The notes: a model not told the origin generated them from the letters alone. A stretch of 64,000 nucleotides of DNA from Sulfuricurvum sp. PD_MW2 (GCF_002633015.1 NZ_NSIU01000011.1:5184-69183); one strand, 5' to 3'. Counted from the stretch's first letter, positions 10,954 to 20,309 are shown. Made by a program: numbers and translations.

Positions 10954-10981
10954 ATTATAGCACGACATATGCGTATGTCAA
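10954..10981 (-). promoter_or_regulatory. Near-consensus sigma70 promoter
   Basis: TTGACA-N16-TATAAT with TG extension (TGcTATAAT), about 30 nt upstream of the 10923 start. Confidence 0.7.
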
Positions 10982-11003
10982 CTAATAAAAATGAATTTGT
11001 GTT

Positions 11004-12479
11004 ATGATTTTCACTATGATACAGTTATCTCCCGAAGCACGGCTCACTATTATTCTCCCGAACACCAATAAAGCCCTCTCGGAGGTGATCAAAAATGCTA
11101 CCCCAGAGCAACTCGAAACGCTCAAAGAGGGAAAAGATATCAAATCGCTTCTCACCTCGGCATTTCAAGATAAAACGACCGCTTCCAAATCCGATCAAAC
11201 GTTGCTTGACCTGCTCAAAAATTCTTCTTCTTTTAAAAATATAGGAAATTTCAGCGATTCACTTCAATCGCTTCTCAAAGAGATGAAAACTTCTCCGGAG
11301 ATGGCTCCAAAAGTACCCGTTTTAGAGAATTTTTTGAAAAACATGATCTCTCTCGACCCTCAAAATCTCAAAAAGCAGATCGCTTCGAGCGGTGTGTTTA
11401 TGGAATCTAAATTTGCCACTGCACTCAACAAAGTACCCGATCTGATTCAAAATCTCGAAACGCTCAAATCACTCCTCACGAAAATACCGACGAATGATGC
11501 CAAAGCTCTGCAAAACACTATCACCTCGTTGCTCACAAGCTCCATACTGCCATCCGCAAGCACGAATCCGCAAAGCGCACTCCAACTCACCGAGGGGGTC
11601 AAAAAAATTACCGAAATCCTCCAATCATTGATCACAAAAACTGATTCTCTGTATTCTAAAGAAGTGGCAGCACTAGCCATAAAACTCGATCAATCTTCTA
11701 CTCTTTCGGAGATCAAAAACACGTTATCGGAACTGTATGGAACGCTTCTCTCAAGCAAAGCACCCGATGCGAATTCGCTTCTTGATTCGATCGAAAAACT
11801 GCTTAAAACGCTAACTTCTACATCAACAAATGAACTTTCTACTTTTAGCGATGAACTCAAAAGTGCGATTGAGAGCAACAGCACCAAAGAGATAATAACA
11901 ATCAAAACAAAATTAAGTGAATTCACAAATCCCAAAGAACTGCACACAGAGACTTTTATCAAAGAGGCAATGGAGAGTGATCTCAAATCCCATCTCCTCT
12001 CTTTGCACGAAGAGTTAAGTCAATCAACTGATCCAAGTGGACCCAAACTTCTGGAACAGGCTGATAAACTCCTCACTCAAATTGACTATCATCAACTTCT
12101 TTCCCATTTAAGTTCATCCAACTCGATCTATTTTCCGTTTGTATGGGATCAGCTAGAGGGAGGATCTTTAGCGTTCAAAAAGGGCAAAGAGAAAAAATTT
12201 TATTGTGAAATCAATCTCAAACTCAAAGAGTACGGAGAACTCGATCTCATGATGGGATTGTATGATGAAACACAATTGGAGATCCAAGCCCATACTGAGA
12301 AAAGTGCTCTAAAAGCTCTGATTCAAGACAACATTGCCAATCTTCGATCTTTGCTTATTCAAGCGGGACTAACTCCACGATCTATTCGTGTTTTTGAGAG
12401 AAGCGAAGCCCATACACCGCTTCAAGAAAGCTATCACCCATCGGAAGGCTCAGATATGGGATTTGAGGTAAAAGTATGA
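11004..12479 (+). CDS. FliK-like flagellar hook-length control family protein
   Basis: Low-complexity Ser/Thr/Leu-rich body; FliK_C-like end (FYCEINLKLKEYGELDLMMGL); overlaps a FlhB-like gene; alternative start 11016. Confidence 0.6.
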   Translation: MIFTMIQLSPEARLTIILPNTNKALSEVIKNATPEQLETLKEGKDIKSLLTSAFQDKTTASKSDQTLLDLLKNSSSFKNIGNFSDSLQSLLKEMKTSPEMAPKVPVLENFLKNMISLDPQNLKKQIASSGVFMESKFATALNKVPDLIQNLETLKSLLTKIPTNDAKALQNTITSLLTSSILPSASTNPQSALQLTEGVKKITEILQSLITKTDSLYSKEVAALAIKLDQSSTLSEIKNTLSELYGTLLSSKAPDANSLLDSIEKLLKTLTSTSTNELSTFSDELKSAIESNSTKEIITIKTKLSEFTNPKELHTETFIKEAMESDLKSHLLSLHEELSQSTDPSGPKLLEQADKLLTQIDYHQLLSHLSSSNSIYFPFVWDQLEGGSLAFKKGKEKKFYCEINLKLKEYGELDLMMGLYDETQLEIQAHTEKSALKALIQDNIANLRSLLIQAGLTPRSIRVFERSEAHTPLQESYHPSEGSDMGFEVKV

Positions 12480-12724
12480 AAAAAGCGGTCGCACTCGGAT
12501 TTGATATTGAAAAAGACCGTGCTCCGCGTGTTGTAGCCAAAGGAAAAGGTGCAAGTGCGGAAAATATCATCAAAATCGCCCAACTCCACAATCTCCCTAT
12601 CAAAGAAGATGAAGATCTGGTAGAGCTCCTCAGCAAAGTAGAGCTAGATCGGGAAGTGCCCGAAAAACTCTACGTTGCGGTCGCCGAAGTGTTTAGTTTC
12701 ATTTACAAAATTACGAAGAAATAA
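12476..12724 (+). CDS. Stand-alone FlhB C-terminal-like (EscU/YscU family) protein
   Basis: KKAVAL...APRVVAKGKG...EIPEKLYVAVAEVF-type pattern (EVPEKLYVAVAEVF here). Confidence 0.88.
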   Translation: MKKAVALGFDIEKDRAPRVVAKGKGASAENIIKIAQLHNLPIKEDEDLVELLSKVELDREVPEKLYVAVAEVFSFIYKITKK

Positions 12725-12728
12725 ATCT

Positions 12729-14120
12729 CTATTGTGAAAACTTGATCCCCATGTTGTAGGTTGAAAACGGTATCGCACGATCAGGCTCAATCATAAAATT
12801 ACACTCGCGTTTAATATTCGTCGCATCAAAGTTATAGATATCCGAAAACTCCATGATAACAATGCGATAGACATTTTCATACCCCATGTCCGAGGGGGCT
12901 AAAAATGATGGCCAACAGCAAAAGAGCTTTTGTTTGATCTTGTCTTTGAGTATCCCCTCTCCCATCGCCGTATCGAGGCTCACCGTCTCGATAATCGTTT
13001 TGACAAATGCTCTATCTTGCTCAAACGCTACTGTTCCGACATGCGATGTGACGATCTCTTTGGGTATTTTTCCCGTGACGGGAAACAACTCGGCATATCC
13101 ATCTTTCATCTGTTTCGCCGCATAGCCAACCCCTATTTTATGCGGATCGCACGGTAGAGGGATCATATCCTCTCCGGTGAACGGATTGCGCGCATCGTCG
13201 ATGATACGGGAACGTATCTCCGAGAGGGTAATACGAAAATCATCGGCTGCATCAATCCGTCCCGCTTCCTGAACGGGTTGAAAGACCACACCGCGTACAC
13301 ATCGATAGCGACGTGAAAAATCAATAATATCAGGGATTTCGTGATCGTTGACCCCTTTTTTGATGACACACACCAATGTTGTCGAAATACTATATTTTTC
13401 AAGCAACTCCAACGCTTTGAGACGGATGGAGCGCATATCTCTGGCCCGAATATCGCGAAGTGCTGCCTCTTGCAACGAATCAAACTGCAAATAGACTTCA
13501 AACCCGCCGCCGAGCGATTTGAGTTCTTTGACAAACGCTTCCTCTTCGGAAATACGAATACCATTGGTGTTGAGCATCAAATGGCGAACGGGAGATTTCT
13601 TGAGAGTACGTAAAATCTCCATAATCTGCGGATGAGTTGTCGGCTCTCCCCCCGTCACCTGTATCAAATCAGGCTGGCTCTCGACTCTCAGCAGTGTGGC
13701 GAGCATCTGCTCGATCTGCTCCATAGAACGATGATTTCCCGCCCCAGGATAAGAGGAGAAATAGCAGATATTGCATTTCATATTGCACTCATCGGTGATG
13801 TTGAAAAGAGCGAGACACGGATGATTCTGATGCTGAGGACACACACCGCAATCGAACGGACAGCCGCGTAGTACCTGAGTATTCGATGTTTCGGGAAGAT
13901 CGGGCGCTTTGAGGTAGCTATCACACGTTTTGAAATACTCATAGTCATCCGAGATTTTCACCATCGATTCACCGCATTTCGGACAAAATTTGCGTAAAAA
14001 CACCTCATTGTCTTTCGCAACGATATGGGTATCGATAAGTTTGGTCAAATTGCTGCATTGATGGCAAAAACTCTGCGTAGCATTGAGATATAAATCGTAG
14101 GTTTTAGAGTAGTGAGCCAT
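12729..14120 (-). CDS. Radical SAM protein, Tes/GDGT-MAS (MJ0619)-like family
   Basis: CHQC...CPKC, CPFDCGVCPQH, CNMKCNIC (CxxxCxxC), TGGEPT, MLNTNG, IPFSTYN; start placed at MAHYSK (14120) rather than the track's 14180. Confidence 0.85.
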   Translation of the reverse strand: MAHYSKTYDLYLNATQSFCHQCSNLTKLIDTHIVAKDNEVFLRKFCPKCGESMVKISDDYEYFKTCDSYLKAPDLPETSNTQVLRGCPFDCGVCPQHQNHPCLALFNITDECNMKCNICYFSSYPGAGNHRSMEQIEQMLATLLRVESQPDLIQVTGGEPTTHPQIMEILRTLKKSPVRHLMLNTNGIRISEEEAFVKELKSLGGGFEVYLQFDSLQEAALRDIRARDMRSIRLKALELLEKYSISTTLVCVIKKGVNDHEIPDIIDFSRRYRCVRGVVFQPVQEAGRIDAADDFRITLSEIRSRIIDDARNPFTGEDMIPLPCDPHKIGVGYAAKQMKDGYAELFPVTGKIPKEIVTSHVGTVAFEQDRAFVKTIIETVSLDTAMGEGILKDKIKQKLFCCWPSFLAPSDMGYENVYRIVIMEFSDIYNFDATNIKRECNFMIEPDRAIPFSTYNMGIKFSQ

Positions 14121-14124
14121 AAAA

Positions 14125-14757
14125 TCAATGCCCGCTTGTTGCAATGACAACAGGGATAAAAATAGCCATTCCAACGACAAACATCACGCCATCTGCCGCT
14201 ACTGCGATCGGTGTTCCCAAAATTTTTACCACTACCGGAGATCCCTCTTTTTTAACCTCATTTACGGTTATGTAAATCTCTTTTGAAAGCTGTTGAGCCT
14301 TCTCATTGACATAACGGTCTGAAAAATAGCGTTTGCCCTTGAGCGAGATAGGGATGGTATACACTTTTGTTTTTGGGTTCAACGATACATGATTATCATT
14401 AATCCACTCTTGCAGTTCTTGATCGATAGTTTTCGAATCAATTGTTACACTAAAGCGTGCATTGAGCGTATCATTTTCAGCTTGGAAACGGGCACCTTGC
14501 GATACGTTGAATGTTATAGAAGCGTTTTCTCTATGCTTTAAGAGATAACCGAATTGAGGATTGGCATCAAAAATGTAGTGATATTTTTTTCCTAAAAAAA
14601 TGGTCTCATCATTTTTTGCATTTAATAAAAAAGCATCAATCGTTTCACTATAAGGCGTATACGTTACCTTATCTTCCCACAACTGACTTGTCATGCACCC
14701 CATTGACATAAAACTCACCATCGCAATCACCAATGTGACCCAAAATGTTTTTTTCAT
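14125..14757 (-). CDS. Putative lipoprotein with hydrophobic C-terminal segment
   Basis: MKK, hydrophobic stretch, SMGC; C-terminal ILGTPIAVAADGVMFVVGMAIFIPVVI; ATG at 14757 overlaps the upstream stop (ATGA). Confidence 0.7.
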   Translation of the reverse strand: MKKTFWVTLVIAMVSFMSMGCMTSQLWEDKVTYTPYSETIDAFLLNAKNDETIFLGKKYHYIFDANPQFGYLLKHRENASITFNVSQGARFQAENDTLNARFSVTIDSKTIDQELQEWINDNHVSLNPKTKVYTIPISLKGKRYFSDRYVNEKAQQLSKEIYITVNEVKKEGSPVVVKILGTPIAVAADGVMFVVGMAIFIPVVIATSGH

Positions 14758-15446
14758 TCCCGTGTACTTTCTGATTTGAGATAGATAAGCGCATACATCA
14801 TCAGTATGAGGCACAGTATTTGAAACAAAGTAAGACCGAAGAGGACTTTTTCATACGGTTTTAAAAACTCCCATACAAAGCGCTGTAGAGAATAATACCC
14901 TATAAATTGATAAAAAATAGTGTGTTCGAATGTTTTTTTACGGTAATAAAACATCCATACGGAATAGAGAAAAAACAACCCCAGTGCGACACTCTCATAG
15001 AGCTGTACGGGGTGTCTAAAAATGCCGTCTCCAAAATCGTGTCCGAGAATACTCGACGTCTCTATCCCATATGTATAATCGTCAATCCCTGATAGATAAC
15101 ATCCGATGCGACCGATAGCGATCCCAATAGCCAATGAAGGTACAAAATAGGCTCCCGTTGAGCCTTTGATATTTGCAGCTTTTTTGAAGAGTTCTGCGGC
15201 AATCACTCCCCCGAATAGAGAACCTAAGACCGATTTTCCGATCACTAGTGCACCGGTGGAGAGATAGGCATTCCATGTCCCGAAAGTAAATCCACCGAAT
15301 ACAAATCCAAAAAGCAATGAGGTGTAATAGCCGTATCGAAGAGTCTCATTTTCGATGTGCTGTGACTCAGAACGAATCCATTTCCATGAGATTAACAGTG
15401 CAACTGCATACGAGAGAAGATCAAAAAAAAGATGAATTTTCATCAA
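14754..15446 (-). CDS. Divergent prolipoprotein diacylglyceryl transferase (Lgt) family protein
   Basis: Multi-TM; IGRIGCYLSG, YG..T, RHPVQLYE, RFVWEFLK; KSVLGSLFGG in place of the canonical FHGG. Confidence 0.82.
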   Translation of the reverse strand: MMKIHLFFDLLSYAVALLISWKWIRSESQHIENETLRYGYYTSLLFGFVFGGFTFGTWNAYLSTGALVIGKSVLGSLFGGVIAAELFKKAANIKGSTGAYFVPSLAIGIAIGRIGCYLSGIDDYTYGIETSSILGHDFGDGIFRHPVQLYESVALGLFFLYSVWMFYYRKKTFEHTIFYQFIGYYSLQRFVWEFLKPYEKVLFGLTLFQILCLILMMYALIYLKSESTRE

Positions 15447-15449
15447 AAA

Positions 15450-15737
15450 TTAATGAGTTGAAAAAGTGGTATTGGCACATTGCGCAAAAAGGATAAACGT
15501 CGAAAGCCATACGACAGCGTTGAGGATCATATAGGCTTTTAGCTTTTCATTTTTTTGCAATAATCCTTGTATTTTTCTGAGCGTATAGACGTATATTCCA
15601 CCGGAAATTGCCACAGGTATGAATAACAAAGAATCGCCCATCATCCCCATCAGGAGCATCCCTCCCCCTGTACCGAATAAAGCCAATGATCCGATAATAT
15701 AGGAGAGAACTAAAACCCCTTCTATTATTTTTTGCAT
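15450..15737 (-). CDS. Small membrane protein
   Basis: 95 aa, about three hydrophobic helices, 3 nt from the lgt-like start. Confidence 0.6.
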   Translation of the reverse strand: MQKIIEGVLVLSYIIGSLALFGTGGGMLLMGMMGDSLLFIPVAISGGIYVYTLRKIQGLLQKNEKLKAYMILNAVVWLSTFILFAQCANTTFSTH

Positions 15738-15757
15738 GGATCCCCCTTTGGAGAGTT

Positions 15758-16063
15758 TTATACGATTGGCGCCCGATCTATCAGAGAAAGCGGTTCGTTA
15801 ATATCAAATATTTTGGCATTGATCGGCGAAATACCAAAACTGTTCAAACGCTCCGTATGCATTTGCAAGTAGGCCATTGCTGATGCTTCATCCTCAAAAA
15901 GATAAATCCCTCCAGCTTCTTTGGTGGCAGCATTTTCAGTCCATATTTTCCAGATCAACCCTTTTTCTTGTGCAATGCTCTCCGCTAGCGGAGCAAATGC
16001 TTCACTCATCGCTTCACCAAAAGGACCGTCCATTATAAAATCGATTTGTAACAGTTTTTTCAT
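15758..16063 (-). CDS. ydhR: YdhR family putative monooxygenase (dimeric alpha/beta barrel)
   Basis: LLQIDF..GPFG, GLIWKIWTEN, EAGGIYLF, YLQMHTERL. Confidence 0.85.
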   Translation of the reverse strand: MKKLLQIDFIMDGPFGEAMSEAFAPLAESIAQEKGLIWKIWTENAATKEAGGIYLFEDEASAMAYLQMHTERLNSFGISPINAKIFDINEPLSLIDRAPIV

Positions 16064-16086
16064 TTTATTCCTTTATTATTCATCGT

Positions 16087-17463
16087 TTAATTATCACTGA
16101 ACCGACGACGAATATCAAAAAATTCATCAGCATTGTCAATCATGATATCGACCAATGAAGGGTCAAATTGTACCCCTTTTTGCTCATGGAAATACTCTAA
16201 TATTTGTTCCCTATTCCATGCTTTTTTATAGACACGTTCCGTTCCCAATGCATCAAATACATCGGCAATCGATGTAATGCGGCCGTAAATATGGATCTCT
16301 TCTCCCGCCAATGATCGTGGATACCCCGTTCCATCCCATTTTTCATGATGTTCATGCGCAACGATAGCAGCCGCTTGGATCAAAGGACGTTTTGAATTTT
16401 TCAAAATTTCCCATCCGATATGCGCATGATTTTTCATGATTTCATACTCTTCTTCAGTCAGTTTTCCGGCTTTATGCAAAATAGCATCCGGTATACCTAC
16501 TTTGCCCACATCGTGCAACGGTGCGATGCTCCATATCTCTTCTTGTTCTGTGGCACTCAACCCTTTATATTTAGCCAGCAACTTCGCATATTCGGCTACA
16601 CGGCGAACGTGCATTGCCGTCTCTTTGGAACGGCTTTCAACCGCAAAGCCCAAAATCAACAGCAATTCTTGTTGTGTCTCTTGTACCTCTTGCGTCAATG
16701 ATACAATCGGGGTAATGTCTTGTCGAATACTGATATATTCAATGACGTTTCCATGTGCATCATAAATTGGAGAGATAAAGGAGCTAACAACGTACATATC
16801 CCCATTTTTTTTACGATTTTTTACAATCCCATTCCACATTTTATGATGGGTGATCGTCCCCCAAAGATCTTTGAAAACATCGCTTTGTACATCAGGATGA
16901 CGTACAATATTATGAGGTTGCCCGATCAGCTCTTCGCGTGTATATCCGCTAATTTCACAGAATTTGTCATTTACATAGGTTATTTTTCCGAATAGATTTG
17001 TCTTGGAAACGATAGAACTGGCATCAACAATATCTTTATATTGCCGAAGAAGTTCTTTGTTTTCACTCAAATCCGCTTGAAGCGCTTTTTGACTCATTGC
17101 TAGTTTTAATTGCGTTTTGACGCGAGACTGAAGTTCCCGTCCTAAAAACGGTTTGGTAATATAATCGCTGGCACCGGCATCAAATGCTTCAATGATCGTG
17201 TTTTCATCCGTTTTTGCCGTTAGAAAAATAATCGGTATCTCATGGAGACGAGCGTCCGTTTTCATTTCTTGACACACTTCCAAACCGCTCATATCAGGCA
17301 TCATCATATCCAGAAGTACCAAACTCACATCATTGTCTCGCAACCTCTCCAGTGCTTGAATCCCACCTGTAGCATACAAGATATGGATATTCTCTAACTC
17401 TTTTAGGACATTAGAAGCAACCTGAATATTGCGGGGTTCATCATCGGCAATCAAAACTATCAT
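16087..17463 (-). CDS. REC-PAS-HD-GYP response regulator phosphodiesterase
   Basis: LIADDE, LDMMMP, PAS, HVRRV...LHDVGK...HHEKWDGTGYP; start at the ATGA overlap (17463). Confidence 0.92.
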   Translation of the reverse strand: MIVLIADDEPRNIQVASNVLKELENIHILYATGGIQALERLRDNDVSLVLLDMMMPDMSGLEVCQEMKTDARLHEIPIIFLTAKTDENTIIEAFDAGASDYITKPFLGRELQSRVKTQLKLAMSQKALQADLSENKELLRQYKDIVDASSIVSKTNLFGKITYVNDKFCEISGYTREELIGQPHNIVRHPDVQSDVFKDLWGTITHHKMWNGIVKNRKKNGDMYVVSSFISPIYDAHGNVIEYISIRQDITPIVSLTQEVQETQQELLLILGFAVESRSKETAMHVRRVAEYAKLLAKYKGLSATEQEEIWSIAPLHDVGKVGIPDAILHKAGKLTEEEYEIMKNHAHIGWEILKNSKRPLIQAAAIVAHEHHEKWDGTGYPRSLAGEEIHIYGRITSIADVFDALGTERVYKKAWNREQILEYFHEQKGVQFDPSLVDIMIDNADEFFDIRRRFSDN

Positions 17464-19625
17464 TTTGTTTTCCATAGATTCCTCCATGCTTCAATGAGTG
17501 TTGCAAAATTTCTTAACTGTGTCTCAACCTGATCGATTTCAAATCCCTCTGCTCCTATCCGCAATCGCTCACCCCACTCGATCAGCGGTGCGAATTGATA
17601 ATTTTTTCCATTATCTATTACTGCCACGGCGAACGATCCGATCGCCATCATATCCCCTTGTTTTAAAAGCTCTTGGGACTCGCTCAAAAGTTCATCGAAC
17701 AATTTTCCTAAAACCTCTACCGTTGCATCGTCGATGATTGTTTCGGTAGATATTTTCGGGGCAGGTGTTACTGAGCTAAAAGGCAAATGTTTTTTCAATG
17801 TTGCAATGAGGATAGAGCGGTTTAACGGTTTTTCTAACACACCGTTAAACTGTTGTTCAAGCTTATGCAAATCATGTTTCATAACCGAAGCAGTCACAGC
17901 AATGAGAGGAAGATCAGACATATTCAAATCGTTTCGGATAGCATGAAGTGCTTCGAAGCCATTCATAACAGGCATACGAATATCCATCAAAACCAAATCA
18001 ATTCCTCCTTTGGCAACTTCATCCACAGCAATTTTTCCATTCTCTGCTTCGATAAAGGTAAATGGGTATCCTTTGAGGGTTTCAATCATTAAGAAGCGGT
18101 TTTCTTTGATATCATCAACAACCAATATCGTGGCAGGTTCAAAAAGGGTATTCTCTTCTACCAACAGATCTTCAGAGACAAAAATAGGCTGACTGACCTC
18201 AATATTGTCGATCATCAGAGTAAATGTAGAGCCTTTTTCAGGGATACTCTCAACGCTCAATTCTCCACCCATTAAATGGGCTAATTTACGACATATTGCC
18301 AGACCCAGACCCGTTCCTCCGTATTGACGGGTATCTTGTCCCTCTTGTTGAATAAACGACTCAAAAATTTTAGCTTGATCTTTGAGCGGAATGCCTATCC
18401 CTGTATCTTTTACAATACACACAAGAGTGATATCCCCGCTATCATGAATAGATCCTTGTTCAATCTTTATGCTTACTTGCCCGTTTTGAGTGAATTTTAA
18501 TGCGTTTGAAATCAAATTAAATAAAATTTGACGGATGTGTATTTCATCTATTATCACATAATTCGGAACGTCTTTGGCTATTTCTGAAACCAAAACAATC
18601 CCTTTTTTGTTGGCTATTTGGGTAAACATCGATGTGATGTCTCGGATAAATACATCAAGAGATACAGGATGATATTCCAGTTTCATATGCCCTGCTTCAA
18701 TTTTTGAGAGATCCAAAATATCATTGATCAGCAGCAGCAAATTTTTTCCGCCATTTTTTATCGCTTCCAAATAGCCTCGATGTTTAGGATTCTCCACCTC
18801 ATTTTCCAAGAGATCCGAAAACCCGATTACGGCATTAAGCGGTGTACGGATTTCATGAGACATATTGGCCAAAAATTCCGATTTTAGCCGATTTGCCGAC
18901 TCTGCTTCAATTTTTGCATGTTCGAGTTGAGACGTCAATACTTTTTGTTCATCCAACGCACTAACTATCTGTGCGGTACGCTGTTGTACCATATCATCGA
19001 GACGTTCATTAATAGTGATCAATTCTTCATTGGAACTGCTCGTCTCTTTTTGCAAATTGATCATTGTCACAAATTGACGGCGGAGATTTCGTATGATGAA
19101 GTAGAGCACTATCGTCTCTGCCGCGACCATAACCCCATGCAAAATAACATACTCAATTCCACACCCATAACTAAAAATCATAATCGGATCACCAAAAAAT
19201 ATATAGTGAGAAAACTGAAGGTAGTTAAACAAAAAATGGTGTGCTACAACGGCGAATGCTGCTGTAAGCAAGGGAAGGATATCTTTATACACCGTCAATA
19301 TGGCCAAACCGATAAATACATGAAAATGCATCTCGATACGCCCGAGATGCTGCTGAATGTACAATGCACTGAAAATAACAATCGCCAATGCGGCAATCAT
19401 TCGAAAGTAAATGGTCCCCTTCAAATATCGATAGCCGATGAATACATTCAGCATGACTGCACTACCAATAAAAAGCCCCAGTCCAAACGTCCCGTAATAC
19501 AATGACGTAATGAAAATCCCTATCAGTGCATGTCCGATCAATATCCAAAGCATATAACGATCAGCGTTTAAAAAATCCTCATTTAATGCGGCATTCATAT
19601 CGTTTATTTTCGCAAGTTGTTTCAT
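17460..19625 (-). CDS. Hybrid histidine kinase with His-rich multi-TM sensor
   Basis: TM region with GHAL, IEMHFHVF, AHHF, LHG; FLANMSHEIRTPL; HATPase; REC DIRMP. Confidence 0.9.
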   Translation of the reverse strand: MKQLAKINDMNAALNEDFLNADRYMLWILIGHALIGIFITSLYYGTFGLGLFIGSAVMLNVFIGYRYLKGTIYFRMIAALAIVIFSALYIQQHLGRIEMHFHVFIGLAILTVYKDILPLLTAAFAVVAHHFLFNYLQFSHYIFFGDPIMIFSYGCGIEYVILHGVMVAAETIVLYFIIRNLRRQFVTMINLQKETSSSNEELITINERLDDMVQQRTAQIVSALDEQKVLTSQLEHAKIEAESANRLKSEFLANMSHEIRTPLNAVIGFSDLLENEVENPKHRGYLEAIKNGGKNLLLLINDILDLSKIEAGHMKLEYHPVSLDVFIRDITSMFTQIANKKGIVLVSEIAKDVPNYVIIDEIHIRQILFNLISNALKFTQNGQVSIKIEQGSIHDSGDITLVCIVKDTGIGIPLKDQAKIFESFIQQEGQDTRQYGGTGLGLAICRKLAHLMGGELSVESIPEKGSTFTLMIDNIEVSQPIFVSEDLLVEENTLFEPATILVVDDIKENRFLMIETLKGYPFTFIEAENGKIAVDEVAKGGIDLVLMDIRMPVMNGFEALHAIRNDLNMSDLPLIAVTASVMKHDLHKLEQQFNGVLEKPLNRSILIATLKKHLPFSSVTPAPKISTETIIDDATVEVLGKLFDELLSESQELLKQGDMMAIGSFAVAVIDNGKNYQFAPLIEWGERLRIGAEGFEIDQVETQLRNFATLIEAWRNLWKTK

Positions 19626-20182
19626 TACTGAACCTTTTGTAAATCAATCATAATTTGCTTGATAGGATAAGGGTGTGTGGCATAAATATTTTTTAAAACA
19701 TATCCCGAAGGTCTCTTTACGAACATAAACAAACTTGAGGTATGCCCCATTTCATTCTCTCTGCCCGTAATCGCGAGATTGTAGGCTCGAGAGAGCTCCT
19801 CAATCTGTTGTTGTGTTGCATAAACTCCCTGAAATTCCTCATTAAAAGCTTTTGCGAAGATATCAGGCCCATCGCTGGACTGGGTGGGATCCAAATTGAC
19901 AAAATACAATTTTAATCTTGGTTCAACATCCTTCAAATTTCGATATGCACTCGAAATTTCTTCCAATGATGGGGTACAAATTTTTGCACACCCGACGTAT
20001 CCGAAATAGACAAAAACGATATGAGAATTTTCATTTTGCAAAAAGAAAGGGGAAATCGTATTATTTTCAAACGCCGTTCCTCGGGAGTTTCCTGAGAAAA
20101 ACGTCCCTAAAAAAGGAAACACAAAGAGAAGTGAAAGCATAAAAGTAATCAAAGAAATACCAACGATCTGCTTTTTCACCAT
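19625..20182 (-). CDS. SCO1/SenC family copper chaperone/thiol oxidoreductase
   Basis: N-terminal TM, YFGYVGCAKIC (CxxxC), FVNLDP, GHTSSL; TAATG overlap with the kinase. Confidence 0.88.
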   Translation of the reverse strand: MVKKQIVGISLITFMLSLLFVFPFLGTFFSGNSRGTAFENNTISPFFLQNENSHIVFVYFGYVGCAKICTPSLEEISSAYRNLKDVEPRLKLYFVNLDPTQSSDGPDIFAKAFNEEFQGVYATQQQIEELSRAYNLAITGRENEMGHTSSLFMFVKRPSGYVLKNIYATHPYPIKQIMIDLQKVQ

Positions 20183-20309
20183 ACATTCCTCTTCAAATCA
20201 AAAAATTCACACATATTCAAATCTTTCTATTTTATACCATAAAACATATAGGGTTATGCTAAGATGATATTTCAGTCATTTTGACACTCCATTCACTCAG
20301 GGAAAAAGG

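Noticed and set aside
12729-14120. Calling the radical SAM enzyme MoaA or a pterin methyltransferase
   Set aside because: No MoaA C-terminal motif or moa genes nearby; the methyltransferase label for MJ0619-like proteins predates the Tes assignment.
14754-15446. Naming this gene lgt
   Set aside because: It lacks the canonical FHGG histidine and GNF motif and sits in a specialised cassette; treated as a paralogue.
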